Shown piece after piece: positions 11,787-24,842 of a DNA stretch of 64,000 nucleotides; the stretch's first letter is position 1; the number at the start of each line of letters is the position of its first letter. Made by a program: the position numbers and the translations under genes. The notes beneath the pieces are model-generated. The model had not been told where the DNA came from and searched no databases. It saw only the letters and a program-made list of their open reading frames with translations. The stretch is from Mobula birostris (taxonomy: Eukaryota): the NCBI RefSeq assembly GCF_030028105.1, contig NC_092374.1, positions 156,636,432 through 156,700,431 of the forward strand, written 5' to 3'.

Positions 11787-12450
11787 TTTTTTAAGGATGC
11801 CCTTCCATCCCAGCGAGCCATGACAATAACCAATTAACCTACTGTTATGACTTTGGACAGTTGGAGGAAACTGGAGCACCTGGAGGAAACCCATGCACTC
11901 GCGGGAAGAATGTGCTCACCCCTTACGGAGAGTAGTGGGGAGTGAACCCGCTTTGCTGGCTCTGTTACAGCGTTATGCTAAACGCTACACTACCATGCAG
12001 AAAAAGACAATGAAAAATATCATTTTGAATGGCTGTACAGTACATGCTTGGAGTTAAGTTAATGTCAGACTGGCCTTTAACCTCTATGTAGTTATGTTGT
12101 TAGTTTCAGAAAGTTGTGAAAGATGTGTTTTCAATTTCCGTTGCTTTATTTGAGATTTTAGAGCTGAGAGTGGATAAAAGTGCTCTCTTGTTCCAGGGTT
12201 ATGTTTAGTGGCACAGCAACAGAGTGGTTAAATTACCAAAGAAGTTTGTACTGTACTTACATACACTAATAATCTGGAAGCATGCTCTCAAATCCCATTA
12301 TGGCAACTGGGGAATTTAAATCCAGGTAATTAGAATAAGTCTATATAGCTAATTAAAGAGCAGTATCAATAATGCTAACCACTAATTTTCAATTGATCAA
12401 TTAGCTCCTTATCACAACAACCGGGAAGGAAACCTATGTAACTTGACCTC

Positions 12451-15400
12451 TGCACAGTGGAGCGAGAACCGTATCACAGTGGAGCCAGAGACCGGGGTTC
12501 AAATCTGACCTTGGGCCCAGTCTGCATGGAGATTGCCCATTCTTCATGCGACCACCTGAATTTCCCCTGGGTGCTCCGGTCTCCTGGCAAACCCCGAAAA
12601 TGTGAGGATTAGTCAGCTGATTGGCCACTGTTTATTCCCCTTGTAAATGCATGGGGAGTGGGGAGTGGAATCTGGGGTTTTGATGCATGGGGAGTGGGGT
12701 GTGGAATCTGGGGTATCGATGCACGGGGAGGGGGGTGTGGAATCTGCGGTTCTGATGCCCGGGGAGTGGGGTGTGGAATCTGGGGTATCGATGCACGGGG
12801 AGGGGGGTGTGGAATCTGGGGTTCTGATGCCCGGGGAGTGGGGTGTTCAATCTGGGGTTCTGATGCACAGGGAGTGGGGTGTGGAAACTGGGGTTTTGAT
12901 GCACGAGGAGTGGGGTGTGGAATCTGGGGTATCGTTGCACGGGGATTTGGGTGTGGAATCTGGGGTATCGATGCACGGGGAGGGGGGTGTTGAACCTGGG
13001 GTCTTGATGCACGGTGAGTGGGGTGTGGGATCTGGGGTTTTGATGCACGGGGAGTGGGGTGTGGAATCTGGGGTTTTGATGCACGGGGAGGGGGGTGTGG
13101 GATCTGGGGTATCGATGCACGGGGAGTGGGGTGTGGAATCTGGGGTCTTGATGCACGAGGAGGGGGTTTGGAATCTGGGGTTTTGATGCACAGGGAGTGG
13201 GGGGTGTAGAATCTGGGGTTTTGATGCACGGGGAGGGGGGTGTGGGATCTGGGGTATTGATGCCCAGGTAGTGGGGTGTGGAATCTGGGGTTTTGATGCA
13301 CGGGGAGTGGGGTGTGGAATCTGGGGTTTTGATGCCCAGCAGTGGGGTGTGGAATCTGGGGTATCGTTGCACGGGGAGTGGGTGTGGAATCTGGGATATT
13401 GATGCACAGGGAGTGGGGTGTGGAATCTGGGGTTCTGATGCTCGGGGAGTTGGGTGTGGAATCTGGGGTTTTGATGCACGGGGAGTGGGGTGTGGAATCT
13501 GGGGTTTTGATGCACGGGGAGTGGGGTGTGGAATCTGGGGTTTTGATGCACGGGGAGTGGGGTGTGGAATCTGGGGTATCGTTGCACGGGGCGGGGGGTG
13601 TGGAATCTGGGGTTCTGATGCCCGGGGAGTGGGGTGTGGAATCTGGGGTTTTGATGCACGGGGAGTGGGGTGTGGAATCTGGGGTATTGATGCCCAGGTA
13701 GTGGGGTGTGGAATCTGGGGTATCGTTGCACGGGGAGTGGGTGTGGAATCTGGGATATTGATGCACAGGGAGTGGGGTGTGGAATCTGGGGTTTTGATGC
13801 ACGGGGAGTGGGGTGTGGGATCTGGGGTATTGATGCCCAGGTAGTGGGGTGTGGAATCTGGGGTATCGTTGCACGGGGAGTGGGTGTGGAATCTGGGATA
13901 TTGATGCACAGGGAGTGGGGTGTGGAATCTGGGGTTCTGATGCCCGGGGAGTGGGGTGTGGAATCTGGGGTTTTGATGCCCAGGTAGTGGGGTGTGGAAT
14001 CTGGGGTATCGTTGCACGGGGAGTGGGGTGTGGAATCTGGGGTTTTGATGCACGGGGAGTGGGGTGTGGAATCTGGGGTTTTGATGCCCAGGTAGTGGGG
14101 TGTGGAATCTGGGGTCTTGATGCACGGGGAGTGGGGTGTGGAATCTGGGGTATCGTTGCACGGGGAGGGGGGTGTGGAATCTGGGGTTCTGATGCCCGGG
14201 GAGTGGGGTATGGAATCTGGGGTTTTGATGCACGGGGAGTGGGGTGTGGAATATGGGGTATCGTTGCACGGGGAGTGGGGTGTTCAATCTGGGGTTTTGA
14301 TGCACGGCAAGTGGGGTGTGGAATCTGGGGTTCTGTTGCACGAGGAGTGGGGTTTGGGATCTGGGGTATCGATGCATGGGGATTTGGGTGTGGAATCTGT
14401 GGTATCGATGCATGGGGAGTGGGGTGTGGGATCTGGGATTTTGATGCACGGGGAGTGGGGTGTGGAATCTGGGGTATCGATGCACGGGGAGTGGGGTGTG
14501 GAATGTGAGGTATCGTTGCACAGGGAGTGGGGTGAGGAATCTGGGGTATCATTGCACAGGGAGTGGGGTGTGGAATCTGGGGTTTTGATGCACAGGGAAG
14601 GGGCTGTGGAATCTGGGGTATTGATGCCCGGGGAGTGGGGTGTGGGATCTGGGGTTCTGTTGCACGAGGAGTGGGGTTTGGAATCTGGGGTATCGTTGCA
14701 CGGGGATTTGGGTGTGGAATCTGGGGTATCGATGCATGGGGAGTGGGGTGTGAAATCTGGGGTTTTGATGCATGGGAAGTGAGGTGTGGAATCTGGGGTT
14801 CTGATGCCCGGGGAGTGGGGTGTTCAATCTGGGGTTTTGATGCACGGGGAGGGGGGTGTGGAATCTGGGGTTTTGATGCCCGGGGAGGGGGGTGTGGAAT
14901 CTGGGGTTTTGATGCACAGGGAGTGGGGTGTGGAATCTGGGGTTCCGATTCCTGGGGAGTTGGGTGTGGAATCTGGGGTATCGATGCACGGTGAGTGGGG
15001 TGTGGAATCTGGGGTATCGATGCACGGGGAGTGGGGTGTGGAATCTGGGGTTTTGATGCCCGGGGAGTGGGGTGTGGAATCTGGGGTTCTGATGCCTGGG
15101 GAGTGGGGTGTTGAATCTGGGGTTTTGATGCACGGGGAGGGGGGTGTGGAATCTGGGGTATTGATGCCCGGGGAGGGGGGTGTGGAATCTGGGGTTTTGA
15201 TGCACGGCGAGTGGGGTGTGGAATCTGGGGTATCGATGCACGGGGAGTAGGGTGTGGAATCTGGGGTATCGATGCACGGGGAGTGGGGTGTGGAATCTGG
15301 GGTATCGTTGCACAGGGAGTGGGGTGTGGAATCTGGGGTATCGATGCATGGGGAGTGGGGTGTGGAATCTGGGGTATCGATGCACAGGGAGTGGGGTGTG

Positions 15401-16430
15401 GAATCTGGGGTATCGTTGCACAGGGAGTGGGGTGTGGAATCTGGGGTATCGTTGCACGGGGAGTGGGGTGTGGAATGTGGGGTATCGTTGCACAGGGAGT
15501 GGGGTGTGGGATCTGGGGTTTTGATGCATGGGGAGTGGGGTGTGGAATCTGGGGTTTTGATGCACGGGGAGCGGGGTGTGGAATCTGGGGTATCGATGCA
15601 CAGGGAGTGGGGTGTGGAATCTGGGGTATTGATGCCCGGGGAGTGGGGTGTGGAATCTGGGGTATCGATGCATGGGGAGTGGGGTGTGGAATCTGGGGTA
15701 TCGATGCACGGGGCGGGGGGTGTGGAATCTGGGGTATCGTTGCACGGGGAGTGGGGTGTGGAATCTGGGGTATCGATGCATGGGGAGTGGGGTGTGGGAT
15801 CTGGGGTTTTGATGCACGGGGAGGGGGGTGTGGAATCTGGGGTATCGTTGCACGGCGAGTGGGGTGTGGAATCTGGGGTATTGACGCCCAGGGAGTGGGG
15901 TGTGGGATCTGGGGTTCTGATTCCCAGGGAGGGGGTGTGGAATCTGGGGTATCGATGCATGGGGAGTGGGGTGTGGAATCTGGGGTATCGATGCACGGGG
16001 CGGGGGGTGTGGAATCTGGGGTATCGTTGCACGGGGAGTGGGGTGTGGAATCTGGGGTATCGATGCATGGGGAGTGGGGTGTGGGATCTGGGGTTTTGAT
16101 GCACGGGGAGGGGGGTGTGGAATCTGGGGTATCGTTGCACGGCGAGTGGGGTGTGGAATCTGGGGTATTGACGCCCAGGGAGTGGGGTGTGGGATCTGGG
16201 GTTCTGATTCCCAGGGAGGGGGGTGTGGAATCTGGGGTTTTGATGCACGGGAAGTGGGGTGTGTGATCTGGGATATCGATGCACGGGGAGAGGGGTGTGG
16301 AATCTGGGGTTTTGATGAAAATGTGAAGCGAGAAAAACTATTGAGATTGAAACTAGATTAGTGTAAATGGATGAATGGTTCGCATGGAACCAGTGGGTAG
16401 AAGGGGATACTTCCCTGCTATATGTCTCTG
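12451..16430 (+). mobile_element. SINE split by an internal minisatellite expansion
   Basis: SINE head and core at 12451-12646 (GGGGTTCAAATC, GGGTGCTCCGGTCTCC); CR1-like SINE tail at 16318-16430 (...CAGTGGGTAGAAGGGG...CTGCTATATGTCTCT). Confidence 0.7.
12647..16317. repeat. G-rich 36-bp minisatellite, ~100 variant units
   Basis: Unit GATGCACGGGGAGTGGGGTGTGGAATCTGGGGTTTT with recurring variants; accounts for all the long ORFs between 12609 and 16361. Confidence 0.97.
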
Positions 16431-16459
16431 TGCACCTCTATATCTACAGTATCTCTTCA

Positions 16460-16950
16460 GTTTAAGAGACATGGGGGATGGGCAATGCCAGCACTTTTGA
16501 AATCCCCACAGAGTATTTGCTTCAACAGGGAGATGAACCGAGGAAAGTGAGAATGTTAAAATGCCTGTCTTAACCATTGCATGGACCTGTACTTCACTTT
16601 CTGAGAAAGCTGAAGCTTTATGAGGCTTTTTTGAAGCACAGTTAAAATATGAAAGGAATTAGTTATTGGAACAGTAGAATCTAAATCATATCTGTGTTGG
16701 TGTTATTTGTGTAACATACAGGCACTTTATGGTGGAAAGAAAATAAGGCCACATTGATGCCGGATTTAGACTGGCCCCACAACCAACCAGCTTCTCCCTA
16801 GCATTTGAGCGTACAACAACGAATCAAGAGCTTTCCTCCTCATATTCTCCATTATAATAAAATACACAGTTGCAACCTTTATCACACAAGTATCAAGTAG
16901 AAACAAATCTTTGCAATGGCACATGAAGCTGTCGGACTTTCAACACATTC
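16460..16950 (-). pseudogene. PKD1-like exon relics: mid REJ
   Basis: ECVESPTASCAIAKICF (~16900-16950) and VQVHAMVKTG...LWGFQKCWHCPS (CWHCPS at 16476-16493) parallel PKD1 WACVAS...C and LEGRCLNCSS. Confidence 0.5.
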
Positions 16951-16984
16951 TTTATATAATTCCCTGGTTAATATTTCTACTGCT

Positions 16985-17811
16985 ATGCTGTGAGGGAGTT
17001 TATGTTAGCAGTTTTTTGTAAAAGCAGTGTGACATGCCGGAAAGAGTGTCTTGGCTTCAGCTAAAGATAATGAGCCATGTTGTCCAACTTAGGAATGTGT
17101 GCCAGCCAATCAGGATTGTGGGATGTGAGAGAAGGTTCCAGAGAGCTGTGGGGAAGAGTTTTCAGAAGGACAGTAGTCTGGTTTGGGGTCTTTTAGTGGG
17201 AACTGTTGAGCGGGGCACAAGGGAAAGTGCCGCAGAATGCCGTTGGAAGGAGAGCCCCTGTTGGAAGGTACTTTGTGCCCATGAATGGTTCCAAGGACAA
17301 AGGGTCAATAGTCCTGAGACAGCCAGTTCATTTGAGATGGTCTTCGACGGGAGTTCAGAATGTGGCGGGTGCTTTCACGCAGACCATGGGTCCAGCGTGT
17401 GTGTAACAGATACACCCCTAAATACTCCAGTATGAGCTCCAACTGTTATGCGCACATTGGACTGGTTTAACTGTAATGGGCCCTTTTTTTTTTCTTTTCT
17501 CTTAGTGTAATTATCAGTTAAAGTTGAAAATTTGATGAATATACTTTCTTTATAATTCTATGCCGGTGTACAATCTGTCATTTCTGGACTACCGATAACT
17601 GTGTATGTGAAGTATTTACACAGCATTCACTCAAATCGAGGTTCCTTTAATCAGAACATCACAATGCTCCTGTTCGGTTGAATCCTAAATCATACTAACC
17701 CTAGACGTATGTTGTTTATGGAAGGTGGCCTTCTCCCCACTGAGTCCTGTGGCTGTTAGCAGCGTTAGCTAACGAGCCAAGTTTGCATACGAGCCCAGTG
17801 AGAGGGCGACA
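16985..17811 (+). mobile_element. Probable solo LTR-like element
   Basis: CCAATCAGGA box, LTR-like composition and an end at ...GAGGGCGACA; termini and TSD not cleanly resolved. Confidence 0.35.
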
Positions 17812-17979
17812 TTTATATGAGAGAAAAATACATTTCACAGCCTTTATCATCTTTGCACCAATTGCTGCTAACCTAGTAACAAAAGACAAATCGAGTCATA
17901 GAGTCATACAGCACAGAAGCATGTCCTTCAATGCACCATGTCCATGCAAACAATTAAGTACCCACCTATACTGACCCTG

Positions 17980-18745
17980 TTTTTGTTTCCTGTTGTGGGG
18001 GGGTGTTCTAAGACCAGAGGACACAGCCTCAGAATAGAGGGATGTCCTTTTAGAATGGAGATGAGGAATTTCTTTAGCCAGAGCGTGGTGAATCTATGGA
18101 ATTCATTGCCACAGGCTGCTGTGGAGGCTAGGTCATTGGGTACATTTAAGGCAGAGGTTGATAGATTCTTGTTTATTCAGGACATGAAGTGATAGTGATT
18201 TGGGTAGTGGGTAGTGGCTCCATATGTCACTACTACAGGGTGTGACGACCCTGCCTTACATGAGTCCCAGGCTCAGATGGCTCTAGCTGACAGTACCCGG
18301 TATGGGCCCCTATCCAGGGCTATGGATTCCACTACCTTGTGGGTATCTTCGGGAGAAGAGAAGGCTAAGGAGTAAACCCTACACAAATCCGGAGTGGAGC
18401 CCCTAAGGCGGTTGGATGACATGTCACGTCACCTCCCGGCAGCTCCTGCAGCCAAGCTGATGCCAAATGTGCTGCTTTGCATTCCTTTGGACCACATCCG
18501 CGAGGCCGAGAGGGCGATCTTGATGTCTGGGCAGCCCAGGATCTCCATATTCATCGCTCAGGTCTGCGCCCCGGAGAACCAGGCGTATCCATTGTCTGCT
18601 TAGACAGACGGAGCCATTGCAGGAAGTGATACAGGGAGAAGGCAGGTGATTGGGGCTTAGAGGGAAAATGGATCGGCCATGATGAAATAGAGGAGCAGAT
18701 TCGATGGGCCATGTGACCTAATTCTGTTCCTATATCCTATGGTTT
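17980..18745 (+). mobile_element. CR1 LINE 3' end, interrupted at 18195-18622
   Basis: SKTRGHSLRI...RNFFSQSVVNLWNSLPQ followed by a CR1 3' UTR. Confidence 0.85.
18195..18622 (+). mobile_element. Non-autonomous RTE-related short element
   Basis: 9-bp TSD GAAGTGATA (18186-18194, 18623-18631); RTE-like UTR motif GGAGTAAACCCTACACAAATCCGGAGTGGAGCCCCT. Confidence 0.6.
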
Positions 18746-19179
18746 TATTTACCAGCAACTGGTTTATAGCCTTCTCTACTTAAGCAAATCAAGAGCTTGG
18801 CTAAATGCTACCTAAATATGTGTAGGCAGCGTGGTAGCATAACGGTTCACGTAACATTATGACAGCAACCCCAGTTCAATTCCACCATGTGTGAAGAACA
18901 TACTGTATAAACTGTCTGTAATGACTCGTGACTGGGTGGGTTTTCTCATGGTGCTCCAGTTCCCTCCCACATTATTAAGATGTATAGGTCAGTAGATTAA
19001 TTGGTGACATGGGTATAACTCACAGCATGAGCTTGTTGGGCCAGAAAAGCTGTATATTTAAATAAAATAACACCTACGGCTGCAGCACCCTCATGCGGAT
19101 CCATTCCAGATTCCAACCACCCTCTGAAGGGTATTTCCCCCTCAGATCCTCTGTTGACCTCCTATCTCTCATGATATGC

Positions 19180-19440
19180 CAGTGCTCTTTCACCAAGTGA
19201 AGACCGAGGAATTTCAAAACACTTATTAAGAATTGGATTTTTCTCCTACTGGTGGCTTTGTAATCATATGATTGTGAGATTTTCTTCTGTTTTCTTCTTG
19301 GATGCTCATTAGCCAAAATATCTTTCACAGATTTCCACCTATTGGAAAAGACACATGAGCATCGGGGGACAAGAAAGAGTTTTGTTTCAGAAATTAGGGG
19401 TCAAGGGTGGCTGCACGTAAACATTTCTGTTTGATGATCA
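19180..19440 (-). pseudogene. PKD1-like exon relic: REJ start
   Basis: NVYVQPPL..., NRWKSV and EIPRSSLG (19192-19215) in shifting frames, parallel to the C.(E/Q)P...YRW...LVLPRLAL segment of REJ. Confidence 0.45.
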
Positions 19441-21054
19441 TCTACTTGTAATGGCTTAGAAGGTAGCCAATCTGCCAAGAAAACATCCCATTAGTCCCGT
19501 TTGCTATGTCCTTAGTTCCCTGCAAAACCTGCATTTTATTCTTGGTCATACATGCCAACCTACTCCCCTTTGTTTCTTCTTGACAAATGGTATTTACAGT
19601 CATAGATTAACCTGCCAGCACACCATGTGGGAAGTAGAAGGAAACCAAAGTACTCAGACAAAAAACAAAGGGGTCACACAGAGAACTTGCAAACTCCACT
19701 GAAGGATCACTGGATGACGACAGTGAGCTGTGAGGCAGCAGCCCTAACTAAGACACTACTAAACCCAATTTGTATTGATGAAGTATTTCATTAGATCCTG
19801 AGGGGTAGATATGGCGACAATGTTTGAGAATCTAAAAAGATTCGCTTTATTTGTCACGTGTACATCAAAACATAGAAATGTACAGTGACATGTGTCATTT
19901 TGCATCAGTGACCAACACAGTCCAAGGTTTGTGCCGGGGACTGCCCGCAAGTGTTGCCTTGCTTCCAGCGCCAATAGCATGCCCACATCTTACTAATCCT
20001 ACCTGTACGTCTTTGGATTGTGGGAGGAAGCCAGAGCACCACACAGTCACAGGAAAAGCATACAACCTCCTTACAGACGGTGGTTGGAATTGAATTCTGA
20101 ATGGTGATTACAGGCACTGTGAAGCAATCATGCTAAACACTGTCATTCAGCCCAACTGTGTGTGTGTGTGGGGGGTGGGGTTGGCGGTCAGCGTTTAATA
20201 ATGTCACTCATTAACCATGCTAACTGCTAACATCTACACTACCATTCAGTAGAGGGGATCAGTGTTTAAAAATATCACTCATTTAAGACAAAGATTTTTT
20301 TCTTGCAGAGGTTTGTGAGTTTTTGGAATACTCTTCCTCGGAGGATGACAGAAGTTGAGTCCTTGACTATTTTTAAGACAGAGTTAGACTGATTCTTGAT
20401 GAACAGGGAGGTGAAAAGGTTATAGGGATTGGTGGGAATGTTGAGCACAAGCGACAGTTACATCCGCCATAATTTTAATAAATGGGAGAAAAAAAGGTCA
20501 ATAGTATGAATGAGCTACCACCATGTATAATATGTGCATGTTCATTAGTATGAGAGATATTTGTGTTCCTATAGAGCTCCGATTAACTATCAGAGCATCT
20601 GGATGCTTAAACTTCTGACCTTCCAGCCTTCGGCACTGCTAGTCTGTAAGGATACTGATGACCTTCAATTTCATTGTGTTCCAGTATTATTGGTGGTTCT
20701 AAGCGGGGTTGCTGAATGAATGAGTGATTGCCCACAGATGGTGAAAATGATAAAATTAAGTTTGAAGACTGGCACAACAATCAGACAACGCTGAAGAAAG
20801 TGCAGGGGTCAGAATTTGGGAATAAAGCAATAAGGAAATAGCCTTTAGAAATAATTTGCTCTTAAAATAATGTTTTTACAAAAACAGAATTATTTGGAAG
20901 ACTGGAATTTCATAATTATTTTGTACCTTAATATTAAAACTGTATGGTCATATTGCTAAATAGGCAACAAAATAGGCCTGACATGTTCTCTGCATCTGAA
21001 TTAGGTTGCAAGCAAATTAATAAAATAGAATAGAATATAAATAGTAGTATTTAC

Positions 21055-21430
21055 TATCATCATCACCATGATTATGTGCCATGTCATATGACTTAGGCGA
21101 TCATGGTCTTTCCATGACTATGATTGTTCTTGGCCAAATTTTCTATAGAAGTGGTTTGCCATTGCCTTCTTCTGGGCAGTGTTTTTACAAGAAGGGTGAC
21201 TTCAGCCATTATCAATACTCTTCAGAGATTGTCTGTCAAGCTCTAGTATCACATAACCAGGACTTGTGATATGTGCCAGCTGTTCATATGACCATCCATC
21301 AACTACTCCCATGGCTTCACATGACCCTGATCAGGTGGTTTAAGCAGATGCTATACCTTGCCCAAGGGTGACCTGCAGGGTAGTGGAGAAAAGGAGACTC
21401 CTTTGGTAGAGACGTATCTCCACCCTTCCA
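21055..21430 (-). mobile_element. Non-autonomous RTE-type retroposon
   Basis: Short (ATG)n-type tail on the minus strand (plus strand ATCATCATC) and AGAAGTGGTTTGCCATTGCCTTCTTC, the reverse of the RTE motif GAAGGCAATGGCAAACCACT. Another RTE-type element lies at ~50955-51315. Confidence 0.6.
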
Positions 21431-22924
21431 CACAAGTATTTACTATAGACTGCATTTAATATCATGATTTGAAGATGTTTACCTGATCTAAAAATCCACG
21501 ACAAAGTAAATACAAGATTATATGCGAAACAAGAAAAAATCTGCAGGTGCAGTCCTGCCAAAGGGACTTGGTCCGAAATGTCAAAGGTACTTTTTTTTCC
21601 ATAGATGCTGAGTTCCTCCAGCATTTTGTGTGTGTTGACAGAATTATACATATATATTTCTTACGAGTGTTTTCAAAAATAATAAATGTATTGAATTTTC
21701 TTCAAAGTATGAAAAGCTCTATTTTGGATCTTAGCGTTTTACTTTATGGAAGGCCTGTTTATGTAAGTGCATTAAATGTATTAAAGAAATTTATTTCTGA
21801 CATTTTCTAGCTCTGATGAAAGCATTATCTCTGCTTCTCTCTCCTCAGATGCTGCCTGAGCTGATGAGTTATTGTCACATTTTCAGTTTAAATCGGTGCT
21901 GTTCTGTGCAAATGAAAAATAATAATTGATTACTGATTTATGGTGTAAATATATTTCATGCTGGCTTTAATAACACTACAATAACACAGCTCTGCCATAA
22001 TTAAAATTACTGGATTTGACTCCCAGTCTGAAAATCCAATGCATCAGGCCTTATGCAATTTACTTCAATGATTCATGATCAATAGGTGGAATTTCAGAAG
22101 AAATTAACTACAAAGTCATGGATATAATGTTTGATGACATAATTTAGCTCTTTTAAGTATCTTTATATCTGGAAAATAATGAATGGAAATAAATCATTCT
22201 TGTAATGTAGAACCATGAGTGTTTTCATTGCAGCCAAATGCCTCAGTTACATCCACAGCAGAGAAAGCTATACAATGTAAACCCATCAGTGAAAACAAAA
22301 TACAGAGCAAGGATTGTTATCTTACATCTCAAAGCAACGGTACCAGAGGATGCATACTATCTATTTGTAATGGAGTTGCAGCTGTTAAGAGAGGCAAAGA
22401 ATATTAAGTTGAAAATCAAGTGTATTAAAAACTATATTTTTTTGCTAAAATATGTTCTCAGTATAATGAGGATTGCTGATGTATTAGTTGATTTGATGGC
22501 CTGTGCTGAGCTCTATTTATTTTATTTATTTAGTAATACAGAGTGGAACAGGCCCTTCAGCTGCACCACAGCAGCCATCCATCGATTTTATGCTAACCTA
22601 ATCACAGAGAATTTATAATGACCAATTAACATACCAACTGGGATGTCTTTAAACTGTGGGAGGAAGTTAGAGCACCCAGAGGAAACCCACACATTCATGG
22701 GGAGATCGTGCAAGCCACTTACAGTTTGCATGGGAATTGAACTTTGAACTCTGATGTCCCAACCTTTAATACGTTGTGTTGACTGCTACACTTCCGCGGC
22801 ACCCCAAATTTTTCTGAAAGTTCAAAACATCCACCACCTCTGTAGAAATATTCATGCCTTGGCAGAAGTTTATTCCTCAGCCAGCAATTAAAAAGCAGAT
22901 TATTTTGTAGTGTATATTTGTATT

Positions 22925-23450
22925 AGATGATGGTGAGGGCTAATTGGGAGCATTGTGTTGGTCACTGACTACAGAAAAGATGTAAATAAGATTGAAAGAG
23001 TGCAGAGGAAGTTTACAAGAATGTTGCTGGGACTTGGGGACCTGAGTTATGGAAAAATATTGAATAAGTTTGGACTTTATTCCCTAAAACATAGAAGATT
23101 GAGTGGAGATTTGATAGAGATATACAAAATTATGAAGGGTTTAGATAGGGCAAATGCAAGCAAACTTTTTCCACTGAAGTTGCATGAGATTAGAACTAGA
23201 GGTCAGAAGTTAAGGGGAAAAAGTGAAATATTTAAGGGGAACAAGAAGGGGACCTTCTTCACTCAGAGAGTGTTGGGAGTGTGGAAGAAGCCACCAGTGT
23301 AACTGTGAATGCAGGGTCGATTTCAGCATTTAAAAGGAATTGGATACATGGATAGGAGGGTTGTAGAGGGCTCTGCTCCGGGTGCAGGTCGATGGGACTC
23401 AGCAACTTAATGATTTGGCACAGACTAGATGGGCCAATGGGCTGTTTCTG
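22925..23450 (+). mobile_element. CR1 LINE 3' end
   Basis: YRKDVNKIERVQRKFTRML...RTRGQKL...FFTQRV plus a 3' UTR. Confidence 0.88.
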
Positions 23451-23705
23451 TGTTGTAGGCATTTGCTTTGTAACTCCAAAACATAAAACATAATTGAAAG
23501 AAAAACAAGAGAGCCAGGAATGTGAGTCCAACTTTGTTATTTGCTTTAAGCAAGGCACGTATGTATTATATAGTGGCATGATAACATATGTCACTTAGGT
23601 ACTTTTAGAGATAACTCACAATGCATTACGTAAACAACAAAGAATACTTAATCAGACAATATATTTGCATTACTCAAATATTACTGAGATATTAAAAACA
23701 CAGCA
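23451..23705 (-). mobile_element. Short solo-LTR-like repeat; opposite-orientation relative at ~32438-32686
   Basis: About 250 bp; its reverse complement resembles 32438-32686, which begins TGTTATG. Confidence 0.5.
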
Positions 23706-24039
23706 GTACTGTCCTATGTCTCAGTAACTCTGACTCTTGCTGTGTATAAATTAGAGCTTGCTCTGTATAAACTAGTTGATGCATTTCCTAAATTAGAACT
23801 ATGGTTATACTTTCAAATGCATTGGTTGCTACAAAGTGTTTTGGAATATTCAGAGATTGTTGAAATTTTTATATAAATGCAAATATTTAATATCTATTTT
23901 CCTTCAGACATAACACCTCCAGCCACTTCTGTATAGGTACAAATAGGTGAATGCTTGTGAACTGAATTTCAAATGATTACACAAAATATTCATTATCTCA
24001 GAGTAGCTATTTGTTTTTAAATAAATTCAATAACATAAC

Positions 24040-24570
24040 TGTTTACACAGTCTTCTGACTAAATGCAAAATATGCCCTGGAATTTTTATTAAAACTGTAA
24101 ATACAACAAGTAACATCATCTGCATTTGTCTGGATTATATTCTTGTCAAAGAAACCTGAAAAACTCAAACAGCACACTGCAATGTGGTCTGAGACAAAGA
24201 GATAGGGGTCCAGGCAAACTCTTTCAAATTGTTTTAAATATGTGGCCATTTTTGGAAGATAGCTTGTTCTCAGTAACTTCTCACCGAAATGAAGTTTAAC
24301 CATATGTTCTGGAAAATAAACAGATGTTTTCTGCAATATATTTTTCAAAAAGGCGGCAGAACTGTACAGTATCTGTGGTCACATTTAAATAAACACTCAG
24401 TTTCCAGTTAGTGACAAATGCTTATATCTGTACGATATTTCCATAGTGAGAGAATGCATTTCCTCAATTAAAATCACTGAGGCACTACTGCTGAGATTTG
24501 TCAATGCAGGGGATGGTGAAGGACAACATCCAGTTAAACTTTTGTGGTCATGGCTATAGGCCTGCATTCA
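24040..24570 (-). pseudogene. PKD1-like relic: PKD (Ig-like) repeats
   Basis: YSHDHKSLTG...ALTNLSSSASVILIEE resembles the H-x-Y...G...N-x-[VL]S...V-x-E end of a PKD domain; several frameshifts follow. Confidence 0.4.
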
Positions 24571-24842
24571 CTGTGGATTATGAAGAAAGTTCATGTAGAG
24601 ATCCTTTGTTTTATAGATACATTGCAGAATAGCCCTCTTGAACCCAGGTCTCCTAGCAATCCCGGTCAACCCCCAATTTTCCCCCTAACCTAGTCACAGG
24701 ACAATTTACAATGAACTAATTAACCCACTAACCCATGCATCTTTGGACTGCGGGAGGACACCAAAGGAACCGCACACATTCCATGGGAGGAACATACAAA
24801 CTCCTTACAGAGGACACTAGGATTGAACTCTGAACCAATACC

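Noticed and set aside
12609-16361. Long Pro/His-rich and Gly-rich ORFs (up to 647 aa)
   Set aside because: Open in many frames on both strands because the 36-bp unit lacks stops; the array sits inside a SINE.
18195-18310. Second possible HDV-like ribozyme (GAG-TCCCAGG-CTC, P1 GTGATTT/AGATGGC)
   Set aside because: P1 has a G-G mismatch, there is no G for P1.1 and no P2 partner was found; only a family consensus could rescue it.
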